A stretch of DNA of 63,380 nt, filler included, from Octopus bimaculoides (taxonomy: Eukaryota), in the NCBI RefSeq assembly GCF_001194135.2. It is 4 parts of 4 records of this genome, joined end to end, with 100 filler letters (N's around TTAATTAATTAA, not from the genome) between each part and the next. Parts side by side here need not be neighbours in the genome. Positions count along the whole stretch, not along the records: positions 10,389 to 32,601 come from NC_068985.1; positions 32,702 to 37,663 come from NC_069007.1; positions 37,764 to 63,380 come from NC_068988.1; 1 more part is not named here. The stretch is one strand, 5' to 3'. The position numbers and the translations under genes were made by a program. Under the pieces are notes generated by a model. It did not search any database, was not told where the DNA came from, and worked only from the letters and a program-made list of their open reading frames with translations. Below, piece after piece: positions 27,346 through 39,318 of this stretch (position 1 is its first letter; the number at the start of each line of letters is the position of its first letter).

Positions 27346-27895
27346 CATATATATGTACGTACACACATACACAACACACACACATACACACACACACATA
27401 TATAAATAAGGAAAAGAATCTGAAAATGAAGGAGTCTTTTAAATGTATTTATTAACCTAACCGGTTTCACTTATTCAAAAAGATTTTCAAAAGTAAAGTG
27501 TAAGGTNNNNNNNNNNNNNNNNNNNNNNNNNNNNNNNNNNNNNNNNNNNNNNNNNNNNNNNNNNNNNNNNNNNNNNNNNNNNNNNNNNNNNNNNNNNNNN
27601 NNNNNNNNNNNNNNNNNNNNNNNNNNNNNNNNNNNNNNNNNNNNNNNNNNNNNNNNNNNNNNNNNNNNNNNNNNNNNNNNNNNNNNNNNNNNNNNNNNNN
27701 NNNNNNNNNNNNNNNNNNNNNNNNNNNNNNNNNNNNNNNNNNNNNNNNNNNNNNNNNNNNNNNNNNNNNNNNNNNNNNNNNNNNNNNNNNNNNNNNNNNN
27801 NNNNNNNNNNNNNNNNNNNNNNNNNNNNNNNNNNNNNNNNNNNNNNNNNNNNNNNNNNNNNNNNNNNNNNNNNNNNNNNNNNNNNNNNNNNNNNN

Positions 27896-27983
<88 letters not shown>

Positions 27984-29713
27984 TACATATACAAGTACAT
28001 GTATACACATATGTGTATATGTATGTATATATGCATACATATGTATATAAGTATATATACATGTGTATACATACACGCGCGCGCACACACACATACACTC
28101 ACACACGCGTGAAACACACACACACACACACGCGCGCACACATGCTTGTATGTATTTAATGTGTATTTGTAATGCGCAGAAAGCATTGACATTTGGACGC
28201 TAAAAATGGCGCTTGTTATTTCGTGGGGACTTTGCAGACGAGATAATTTGATTTAGTAGCATACCGACACGTTTGTATTGACCCCAGAAATATAGAAACC
28301 GAAATAGATCCCGACGGAATGCGATCTGTGAACGTAGAGGAACGAACTAGATATTATATTTCATATAGTATTTCTATCGTCCATGCCAAATCCGATAGTC
28401 GTTGCACGCAAATACTGTACTTATATAAAATTCCGCGTGTTAACATCTTAAAACCAAGATAATATTATGAATGGCACACATACATGCACACATGTATACA
28501 AGTGTATATGTGTGTGTGTGTGTGTATGATATTTGCCTTTGGATGTGCGTAACCAAGTCGTTAAGAAGTTCGCATCATAATAATGAAGTTCTGATTTCAA
28601 TCTGCGTAACATTTTTGAACAGTATAGCCTTAGGTTTACCCAAGACTCGTCAGTAAAATTAGTTAAGACGGTAACTGTGCAGAACCCGTTGACTAGACTA
28701 CGTTAAAAGTACATGTATCCGTGTAATCTTCATCAATAAGTGAGTTGTATAGCTGATCGAAATACTCATCCTCGATATCGACGGAGGACCTTTTTATTTC
28801 TTTTTTGTTTGTCTTTATATGATGTGATGTGCTGAATGCTGTCGTATATCCAATTTCTGCATCACTATATTTTCTTTCTTTCCTGTAGCCCTCTACCTAA
28901 TAATTCTATTAGACGATTCATAAAGATTCATGTTTTCCATTTTTATGCTTCCCTGCCTTTTAATTTTAGGCGCGAAAATTACTTTAATTCATCGCAAGAC
29001 GCGATTTGTAAGTGGAACAGCAATGGCCGATATTTTTCTGTATTACATGGTGGAAACTAGCGACGGAAAGGGAGAGCAGCAAGCATGAGAGAGAAGAAAG
29101 AGAAAGATGGATACACAGATAGATAGCCTGATAGAATGAGAGCGAGGAAGAAAGAAAGAAATAGCTGCTTTCATCGTCACTCATATACGCCATTTTTCTG
29201 GCGGCGAAGCGAATGCTGACTAAACTAGCGTTGTCTCTGTGCGCCAAACCCTCTTGCCCCTTGGCTAAGTGGATTAGAACCTATGTGGTGCTTAATCGTT
29301 AGTTCCCGAAATATTTAACAGTAATTTCAATTACTACGAAGATAAGTCCGTCTAATTGAGTTGTCAATTAGGACAGCAGCTCTAAGCTCTCCGACGCATC
29401 GTATGACATTTTCTCACAATAAAAACCGCAGCAGTATGAATATCTACACAAACATATTGATTTATGAAGGACATTCATTACCGAAAATTGGCTTTTACAT
29501 AAATTGTCTCGAGATTTATTATCACCGCACACATAACCTCAATCACTGCAACAGCAAAGTTCACACATACATATATGCACACATATAAGCATATAAAATA
29601 TGAACAATTTACATATAAACACACAGCATTCATGCACATTTGCATCATACATACTTAGCACGTTTCCATACTTTTCTCTTTCCTTCACTTTTGCTTACTC
29701 TTTCCTACCTTTC

Positions 29714-29751
<38 letters not shown>

Positions 29752-29963
29752 CACACACACACATATATATATATAATACAAAAAATATATATGCATGTAT
29801 ACACACATATATGTATATACTTTCATCTACATGTGTATATAGATGCATATCAGGGTACAGGACGTTAGAAGAATGAACTACAGACAACGGAACGAACACA
29901 TAGGAAAACAGAAAGCCACTTGGAATTATTCATCAGCTGCCTCTATTCTAACTCGACGTTTCG

Positions 29964-30001
<38 letters not shown>

Positions 30002-30211
30002 GTATACATATATATCTATGTAAACGTATGTATATATATCTGTATTTATGTATGTATACTATATGTATAAGTGGACAAATACACTCATATTAGATCGGAG
30101 ATAATAAGTTCCACTTTTCTTCTTATTCAAGAACATTAATGAATGTGTAAGAGTTCTACGCTAGATTCGAAACAGTCTTAGGAATCTCACTTTGATATGG
30201 AAAACTTTTTA

Positions 30212-30410
30212 AGGTGGTGAGCTGGGGGAATCGTTACTGCGCGTGGCATCTCGTCCATGTTTCTGTTCTGAGTTCAAATTCCGCCGAGGTCGACTTTGCC
30301 CTTCATCCTCTCGGGAGTCGATAAAATAAGTACTAGTTGAGCACTGGGGTCGATGTAATCGACTTTCCCTTCCTCCGAAATCGCTGGCCTTGGGACCAAT
30401 GTTTGAAACC
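30212..30410 (+). mobile_element. SINE
   Basis: Contains ttctgagttcaaattccgccgaggtcgactttgcc, shared with the other copies. Confidence 0.85.
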
Positions 30411-30432
30411 AATATTATATCTCTTTCGCATT

Positions 30433-30533
30433 GAAAAGAAGAAGAAGAAGAAAAAGAAGAAGAAGAAGAAGAAGAAGAAGAAGAAGAAGAAGAAGAAGAA
30501 GAAGAAGAAGAAGAAGAAGATGATGATGATGAT
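30433..30533. repeat. (AAG)n then (ATG)n microsatellite
   Basis: Direct reading. Confidence 0.95.
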
Positions 30534-30534
30534 G

Positions 30535-30745
30535 AGCCTTTCTACTGGAAGCACAAGGCCTGAGATTTGTGGGGAGGGGGTAAGTCGATTACATCGACCC
30601 CAGTACTCTGCTGGTACTCAATTTATCGTCCCCGAAAGGATGAAAGGCAAAGTCGACCTCGGCGGAATTTGAACTCAGAACGTAAAGACGGACGAAATGC
30701 TGCTAAGCGTTATATCCGGTGCGATAACGATTCTGCCAGCTCAAT
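30535..30745 (-). mobile_element. SINE, inverted relative to 30212-30410
   Basis: Reverse complement of the family body. Confidence 0.85.
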
Positions 30746-31037
30746 AATAATAAATTATTACTAGACTCATTAGGAATGTTTCAATGATTAATTAACTAAT
30801 CGATTTATTAATTATATAATTAAATGTAAACAAAAGAAATAATATGATTGAAAAATGACGCTCCTTCCATAAATAAACATGAAGTATTCCATCTAATAAA
30901 GGACACTGGACATTAGGAATTGCAATATGTTTGACCCTTAACTTCTTTCTACTTCAGAGAATTGTCCCGTCCATATCTCTTCATTATGAATTGGTTTGTC
31001 TATCAGAAATAATCCAGTCTCTATAGTAACTTTATTA

Positions 31038-31063
31038 TCTATATATATAAAAATGAGAATGTG

Positions 31064-31094
<31 letters not shown>

Positions 31095-32120
31095 GTGTAT
31101 CCCTAAAACTCGAGAACTACGCAACCAATTTCATTCAAATTTTACAGATGCCTTACTTAGGGTTCCAGTTGTGTTTTAGTAAAAAAAAAAAAATTTAACT
31201 TCTTGCAGAGTTCGAGCCCACGGCAACATAATATCTCCTCCACTATTTAAGTATTACGTGTCAAAAGTGAAACAAAAACACTCATGTCAAATACTTTCAC
31301 TTTAAAAATGAAACTATTCCACTAACTGAAACNNNNNNNNNNNNNNNNNNNNNNNNNNNNNNNNNNNNNNNNNNNNNNNNNNNNNNNNNNNNNNNNNNNN
31401 NNNNNNNNNNNNNNNNNNNNNNNNNNNNNNNNNNNNNNNNNNNNNNNNNNNNNNNNNNNNNNNNNNNNNNNNNNNNNNNNNNNNNNNNNNNNNNNNNNNN
31501 NNNNNNNNNNNNNNNNNNNNNNNNNNNNNNNNNNNNNNNNNNNNNNNNNNNNNNNNNNNNNNNNNNNNNNNNNNNNNNNNNNNNNNNNNNNNNNNNNNNN
31601 NNNNNNNNNNNNNNNNNNNNNNNNNNNNNNNNNNNNNNNNNNNNNNNNNNNNNNNNNNNNNNNNNNNNNNNNNNNNNNNNNNNNNNNNNNNNNNNNNNNN
31701 NNNNNNNNNNNNNNNNNNNNNNNNNNNNNNNNNNNNNNNNNNNNNNNNNNNNNNNNNNNNNNNNNNNNNNNNNNNNNNNATGTGGTGCATAAATTGTCAA
31801 GTAAATGAGACGCATCTTTGCCTCCACTGATTCACTTGCAAAGTGTTGAGTAAAATTATTTCGTTGCAGACCTCCTTTGAGTCTTTTTATTATCACTGCG
31901 ACACATAGTCCCCAGTTGGTAACATTGATTTCAAGGCCTTCCCAGATGAGAGACTGGCATTCCACTTAATGTCTATGTTCCATGCTGGCATGGATTGGAG
32001 AGTTATTAATGTAGAAATATGGTATCGTAGCTACTAACAGTTGAGGGTTGCGTAGTCTAGACGGCGTTTTTAGATTTCATTATTCTCTTTAACCCGGGCA
32101 AAGCCGGGTATTTCTGCTAG
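31038..32120 (+). mobile_element. Non-autonomous Helitron
   Basis: Inserted between A31037 and T32121. 5' end is TCTATATATATAAA followed by (GTCT)n. 3' hairpin ACCCGG-GCAAAG-CCGGGT lies 7 nt before the terminal CTAG. An assembly gap falls inside, so continuity of the two ends is assumed. Confidence 0.75.
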
Positions 32121-32946
32121 TTTATAATAAATGAGTGTTTAAAGATGAGATTAATAACTGTTCCTAATTTAGGTATATGACCAGATATTTCATGGGGCCA
32201 GTGAATTAGATCGACCTCAGTACTAGACTGGTACTTTATTTTATCGACCGCGGAGAAGATGAAGGGTAAAGTGGAACTCCATTGGAGTTGAACTGGGAAG
32301 AGTACAGCCGAAATGAATATCGTGAGATACTTTGTCCAGATTCTGTTAATCTACTACCCCTAAGAGTGAGTAAATGACCAAAATTACACAGACGACCGTC
32401 GTGTGTATGTGTGTTTGTGCGTGTACTCTATGCATTTGATACTGATATGATATACGTATGTGTGTTATAAGCTTAAAGCTTACAAGCGATCACCGTGTAA
32501 TGGCTAAAGAAAATAGTCCTATATTAGGGCATATAAGTCCACGACGGAGAAAAAGTAGGGTTTTCCGTACGCATGAGACTCGACCCCCGCCATATATATA
32601 TNNNNNNNNNNNNNNNNNNNNNNNNNNNNNNNNNNNNNNNNNNNNTTAATTAATTAANNNNNNNNNNNNNNNNNNNNNNNNNNNNNNNNNNNNNNNNNNN
32701 NTTGTTCATTTTCGAATGTTCTTCCTAAGGTAAGACAAGTTTTTCATGTTTTGTTGCACACACGCATTTTTGCCAGTATATACGCAGTGAAGCTATACAA
32801 TAGCGTCGTATTTATATCGATTGCTATTGTCCAGTAAATATCGGTACCTTGTTGTATCACTCTTATGAATTTATATATATACCCTTATAGGGCCATTTTT
32901 TGCTGAAAATTGATACATTTGTATTAATACATTTGTATTGAAATAG

Positions 32947-32977
<31 letters not shown>

Positions 32978-33504
32978 TTGTGTATGTGTGTGTATATATG
33001 TATGTTGTTATATGCATGTGTGTGAGTGTGCGTGTGCGTATGTATGTACATTAATGTATGTACATCAATGGTAGTTATTATGTATATTAATATGTATATT
33101 ATGCTGTTATGTTATTGTTATTATGATGTTGCTTTTTTCTATTATGATGTTTTTATTGTTATGTTATTAGTTATATTATTTTTATCAATTCTTGTTTTAA
33201 TTCGAGAAATCCGCACAGCGTTTTTGAAGAATTATGTATGTTACTTCTCGAAAGAATAAAGTGCATAATTATGTCGAAGTTATTGCGATGTAGCTTTCAT
33301 TTATAAAGACACCATCGCGCAAACTTCGAAGCTACTGTCAACTTCATAAAATCAAAAAATCCTTTCTTTTTGTCTGGGGTAATCACCGATTTTTGTAGCA
33401 GCTTAGCTTTCAAGTGCCCACAACTTTTCAACATTTTGCCAAACAACCTCCGACAAAGTAGATGTGTTTTTTTTCAAAGAACATTTGACAAATTTTTGAC
33501 TTAC

Positions 33505-33651
33505 CAAGTGAACCCATATCGCGACAGAAAAGGCAGAGAATAGCAGCTCTGTTCATTTTGGGACTTCACCAGAAATGAAATGATTGGGAAATAGAAAAGT
33601 ATCACGCTAATGGTGATGTATAACATGGCACCATCCACTGGCTGAATCCAG
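33505..33651 (-). CDS. Candidate internal coding exon (147 nt, phase 2-2), hydrophobic segment, unknown protein
   Basis: Acceptor ttgcttctatgctag, donor TTG|gtaagt. Only one frame is open: WIQPVDGAMLYITISVILFYFPIISFLVKSQNEQSCYSLPFLSRYGFT. No homology recognised. Confidence 0.45.
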
Positions 33652-34323
33652 CTAGCATAGAAGCAATATTTATATTTGTATATATTTATCGCATGTTTTA
33701 ACGGCATATAGAAATGTCATTAATGATTCTGTCTTTGGTGCCTTTTTTGAATACTTTTGTCGTATACAGTTTGTTTATCTGCGAAGTAGTCAGCGACGGT
33801 AGGATGACCAGCATAACGGCTTTAGGAATTTAAGTCACTCAAAAATGGCTCGGAATGTAATGTCTACGACGTAGAGAGTCGTTGCGGAACAGCTTTAGAC
33901 AGCAAAGCTGCTGTAATCGACACCCACACACAGCTACTCCTTTTGTAGACACCCAACATCTTACATGAACTACTGAACTGATTTACTTGGCTCACATATC
34001 TTCTTTTCTGTCGTTCTTTTAACAACACATTGCTTCGTTAACGATAAATATATATTGTGTAGTTGGAACATCATACAAGCTTTTATTCATCAATCTACCA
34101 ACACGAAATGTCTTTACATTGCGACGTCATTGCTTCCATCGGCCTTTCCTCCTTTCTCTCCTTTCTGTCTCTCAGTCTGAATGTCTATCTAACTGTCTAG
34201 GCATTTATCTATCTCTCAATATATTTGTCTGTACGCACAGACAGAGACATACACAGACAAAAACACACACACATGCACACATATACATACATACATATGT
34301 TTATATAATATATCTTTCTCTCT

Positions 34324-34356
<33 letters not shown>

Positions 34357-36169
34357 GCTCTGTATCTTTCTCTCTCTGTATATATATATATATATATANN
34401 NNNNNNNNNNNNNNNNNNNNNNNNNNNNNNNNNNNNNNNNNNNNNNNCTATATCTGTTTGACAATCTTCCTGCCTATCAATATATCCACCATGTATCTAT
34501 AGGGTAATAAATCCACATATCTATCTGCCACTATTATCAGACACTCGGTTTCTCTACCTCCCTCATTCCTCACCACACATGAACACGTGACACACAGACA
34601 CATATACCCAAGACGACACGGACATACATACTCTGGTTTACTTAAGCCGATGTAAATTTTGGTTCCCACAACAGAACGTTTAAGAGATTCGTCTCAAGCA
34701 GACCTCTGGGGAAAATAATTTCATTACGAAAAAAATCAAGAAAACATTTATTGAAACAAATTTAGACGAAAGAGAGTTTTGTGTTTAGTTTTATAGGAGA
34801 AGACTGCATAGATGTGCGTAGTCTGATAGGTATGTATGTAATTGTATGTGTGTGTATGTCTAAGTGTGTTCGTGTGTGTATATACATTTGTACATATAGA
34901 AACACATTATATATGCATTTATGTACATAGGTATGTGTGCTTGTGAGTTTGTGTATTTATATATGTAGTTATATGTGGATGTACGTATGTATATAGGTAT
35001 ATGTGCGTGTGTGTGTTTGTGTGGGTATGCTTATTTAAATATCTTGCTGTGTGATGATATTTCTTTCTTCTAAAAACGAAAAATATGTGCCTTTTCCACG
35101 TGTATCTACACTCATATGAGATGTAGATTATCACCCATCAGATACGGTATTCGCTTCAAGAGGTTTCGGATTCAATTCGATTATTTGTCATAATTAGTAA
35201 CTCAACCAGATATTTTATATAAACAGCTCATTCGCTTGCCTTTGCCGTGGCATTCATTTTTTTTAAATCTAAAGCCTATAGATTTATTCAACAGTACAGT
35301 ATGTCAACTGAAACGAAACAATACTGTGTAGTTTTTTAGTAAATTGACATGTGAAATAAGTGGATCTTTGTCGGTTCTCGGCGATTAGAATTCAGTTGTG
35401 AGATTAACTATACTATATTCTCGTTGAATGTCCGTGTATATGGTCGCGTATTCCCAAAAATTCTAATTTACTGTATCCTGAGGAAGAATCTTCATAATTT
35501 CGTTTGTGTGACAAAGCTGAGTGCTTTAATGACGGAAGCATACCGTTAACAGTCAACACTCAAAGCGATGTCGAGCACCTTGCGGCCACCCAGTTTTACT
35601 CCGAAGACTTGGATGGATCCGAACCACTATTTGGGATCGAAACAGGGACTTCGTGATTACGAAGCAAAATACCCCGATCACAGATCGTTGATAACATAGT
35701 AATTCATTGACAATTATATAGGGAAAAATCATTAGTTTGTTGTTTATATATTAACAAAGGCCCGGTAAGAGGAGTTACGAAGGGCTACCGTGTGTATGAT
35801 ATAGTGTTGAATAATATAAATCTTATGTTCGAAATATATAGCCATTTTTTAAAGAAGAATTGAAGAAACATGTTCAAAATTGAAAAAAACACCAGTCTGG
35901 CCAATAGCACGAGGGAAGAGATCTTCCGGGTCAAGTTTCTCACCATAGTGTTTGGAGCCAGGGATTTGTGGGCAAATCTGCTTACGATCTAATGAAAATA
36001 CTCTGTCTCAAGGAAGAATAGGACCGAAGCCTTGAATGCAATGTCAGATAGAGTAGAGAGGTGTTCCTGCTGTATCTGATGGAAGATGAAAATAAAAGCA
36101 ACAATACCGCTTGAAGGCAATGACTTTGAAACTTGTAAAAATGCAAAGCAAAAGTCAAAAATAAAATAA

Positions 36170-36800
36170 TAATAATCAGAGATGCAGATTCTGTGGAAAG
36201 AGTGTGGAAATTGTGACTCACTTGGTAAGTGGATGTGAGAGCCTTGCACAAAAAGAATACAAGCGCCCCCATGGTAAAGTGTGTGTGTATCTTCATTGGT
36301 TCTTATGCCGTAAATACCAATATGAGGTAACAGAGATCAGGTATGAGCATGTACCAAGTAAATTTATGCATGAGGATGGAAAAGTAACGATACACTGGGA
36401 CTATGATTCTCAGACGGATCGTGTGACTGAACACCGTCGGCCGGATATTGTCATATTGAATAAGGGAGACAAATACTGTCAGATCATTGATGTAGCCATA
36501 CCAAATGACATGAATGTTGTGAGTAAAGAGGTTGAAAAAAACCCACCAAGGACTCCGAATTGAAAGTGGAAATGGAAAGACAGTATGGATTGCGAGAGAG
36601 TAATGTAAAAGTGATACTAGAGGTGATCGCAGCGTTAGGATCAATCCCATTGAAACTTGAAGACTTCTTCAGGCAACAGGAAATCCCATGCGAGATTGAT
36701 GTCTTGCAAAAAGCAGCCTTATTGGGCACATCGCACATCTTACGGAAAGTATTATCTGTCTGAGGTCCTTATACTGTGACTTGACTGAAGATTCTTGTGC
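36170..36800 (+). mobile_element. R4/Dong-like LINE C-terminus (CCHC zinc finger plus restriction-like endonuclease)
   Basis: CRFCGK..EIVTHLVSGC..LAQKEYK..H.KV..YLHW.LC, QTDR..EHRRPDIV..IIDVAIP.D.N, and ALGSIP..LQKAALLGTSHILRKVLS. Confidence 0.92.
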
Positions 36801-37113
36801 ATTTTAACCTACGGTGTGTTACGGGGGAATAATAATGATAATCCTTTCTACTATAGGCACAAGTCCTACGATTTTGTGATAAGTGGCTAGTCGACTACAT
36901 CGACAGCAGTTTCTCAAATGGTAATTCAAAATTCAACAACGAAGGAATAAAATGCAAAATAGACATCGGTGGAATTTGAATTAAAACAATAAAACGGTCG
37001 ACTAAGAACCGCTACGAATATTCTTCCGTTTTGATAAAGCTTCTACGACCTCACCATCTAAATAATAATGTTGATGATGATGATAATTATAATAATAATA
37101 ATAATAATGATGA

Positions 37114-37172
<59 letters not shown>

Positions 37173-37276
37173 GAGTCAAAATTAAAAGAAGAGTGCAAAT
37201 GGCACTCTTCTTTTAATTTTGACTCTATATCTTCAGGAGGAGTTACCTCAATCCTTTCTATATAAAAAAAAAATAG

Positions 37277-37316
<40 letters not shown>

Positions 37317-37339
37317 TGTATAATTATTATCAATTATTA

Positions 37340-37550
37340 ACGCGGCGAGATGGCAGAATTGTCGGTACGCCGGGCGAAATGCTTCGAGACATTCCCACCA
37401 TGACTATGTTCTTAGTTCAAATCCGGCCGAGTTCGACTATACCCGTGATCCTTTCGGCTGTGAATTAAATAAGTACCAGTCACGCACTGAGGTTGATGTA
37501 ATCGACTTATATCTTCCACCCCAAACTGCCATTGTGGCAAAAAACTGAAA
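37340..37550 (+). mobile_element. SINE with CpGs retained
   Basis: Family head gcggcgagatggcagaattgtcggtacgccgggcg. Confidence 0.75.
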
Positions 37551-37554
37551 TCAT

Positions 37555-37610
<56 letters not shown>

Positions 37611-37615
37611 ATAGC

Positions 37616-37663
<48 letters not shown>

Positions 37664-37779
37664 NNNNNNNNNNNNNNNNNNNNNNNNNNNNNNNNNNNNN
37701 NNNNNNNTTAATTAATTAANNNNNNNNNNNNNNNNNNNNNNNNNNNNNNNNNNNNNNNNNNNNTATATATAGGTTATGA

Positions 37780-38130
37780 GCGGTAATGGTGTCAATTAGA
37801 CCCAGAGGTTTCAGGTAATGCTGAGTAAGTGCTATGGATATACCATAGTTAAGCTCCAGGTTCGGTGATTATGCGAATAAGGGGTCCAACGTAGGTCATA
37901 TATCAGCATGTGAATATAAGGATTTACTTTTTGTAATGAGATAAAAAACCAAGGCTGTGTATTAAATAGAATGTCAATGTCTTACAGCTGTTTCCAGGAT
38001 ATTTATTATATCCCTTCATCAGAGATGGTGTGAGAGAATGATTAAACAATAGTTAATTTAGTTAAGATAGGATATAGAGAGTGAATGTAGGGATATTGTA
38101 TTTGTAGATCCATTGTTTAGGCAGAATGGT
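37780..38130 (-). mobile_element. PLE 3' end/pseudo-LTR with hammerhead
   Basis: Homologous to 21305-21700 and carries the hammerhead listed next. Confidence 0.75.
37980..38025 (-). ncRNA. Minimal type I hammerhead ribozyme with intact core
   Basis: Minus strand reads TCT-CTGATGA-AG-GGATAT-AATAA-ATATCC-TG-GAAA-CAGCTG-TA-AGA: canonical CUGANGA and GAAA boxes, palindromic stem III ACAGCTGT, GUA cleavage triplet and a 3-bp stem I. Confidence 0.8.
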
Positions 38131-38339
38131 ATACATATAAGATTCCAATACCCTATGAGTAAAATCCAATAGTCTTTAAGATTGGTCGTTGTCTTTGTAA
38201 ATCCATTATTAAGATTCCAATAGCCTATGAGTAAAATCCAACGGTCTTTGAAATTGGTCATTCCAAATACAGAGTTTACACACAGTGTTATTGAATCAAG
38301 GGTTCTGTTTAAAGTTACTTTAAACTTTAAACTCTCCCG

Positions 38340-38900
38340 ATGAGTAGGAATCAAAAACTGCCTTTGATTCTTGTGACAGAGAACCATGAGAAATGTTTAA
38401 TGTTGTACAGTCTTAAATCTGTATTTCTGTTAATTCTATTCAGGAATATCAGAGAATCTTGTGAAAAACTAATGGTAAGTATAGAATTGGTTTCATTTAA
38501 ATGTATCAACCTTTTTGATTCCATCCTATCTGAGACTGATCCTGGTTCTATCATACAAACTTCATGTTTTAAAGGATCTAAATTAAAATCTCCCATCAAA
38601 ATGAATTTTTGTTCCAAACACCAGTTTAATAATTCCAAACTTATTTTACTAATTTCTCCATTATATTCAAACCTAATTGAAATGAAAAAAAAAAGGGCAG
38701 CGAATTTCAACAGAAATATCATAATTTAAGGGTTTTAAAATAGGGACTACATTAATCAGTCAGGGATCTTTTGTGCAGCTAACAACCAAATCACTCTTTT
38801 ATTGAATTCCTGATTGTCTTTTAGTTCTTTGATACAAACCTGTCTGAGATTGTCCCTGGTTCTGTGATACAAACTTCCTGTTTAAAGTGATCCAAGTTAA
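38340..38900 (-). mobile_element. Degenerate, internally duplicated retroelement sequence with an APE-like ILMGDFNLD motif
   Basis: Motif in ORF 38351-38722. Duplicated blocks at about 38520-38600 and 38830-38910. Confidence 0.35.
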
Positions 38901-39210
38901 AAGCCTTCCACCAAAATGTCATCCTAATTCATATTCAAAACATCGACTTGATTACAACAAAGTTATTTTGCTAAATTCTTCATTATTTTCAAAATTGATT
39001 GAAACGAAGTTGGTGCAATTCAGCAGAATTAAGGTAACGAAGGAGTTAAACACTTTTCAACACAAGTTGTGACTCAAGTTGTGACATTCTCTCAAGTAAC
39101 TCCAAGCTGTGAACTAACCAAGATGACTGTTTTTCAAGTCAGAAGATATCTTGTATTTTAATAAACTTCTTCAACAATTTTGTGTTGTTCTTTAATGTTG
39201 TTACCAGTTT

Positions 39211-39318
39211 TTATTGTGAATTCTTTTTCCCTTTCAGGGGTGACTCGTCTCCAATGGGAGATGATTTAATGTAGGGAGGGTCATTCAGAGAAGTAGGGCT
39301 GAAAACGGATGATGGACC
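39211..39318 (-). CDS. Candidate terminal coding exon
   Basis: Acceptor ctctttgtatatcacttctttaaccag. Open frame GPSSVFSPTSLNDPPYIKSSPIGDESPLKGKKNSQ*, with AATAAA overlapping the stop. It lies at the edge of the CpG-decayed domain. A competing plus-strand acceptor (ttctttttccctttcag, ending at 39237) also exists. Confidence 0.25.
   Translation of the reverse strand, partial: GPSSVFSPTSLNDPPYIKSSPIGDESPLKGKKNSQ

Noticed and set aside
29930-29970. Possible permuted hammerhead (GAAACGTC upstream of CTGATGA, minus strand)
   Set aside because: No stem I or stem II pairing was found and it is truncated by a CA repeat; probably a PLE-end remnant.
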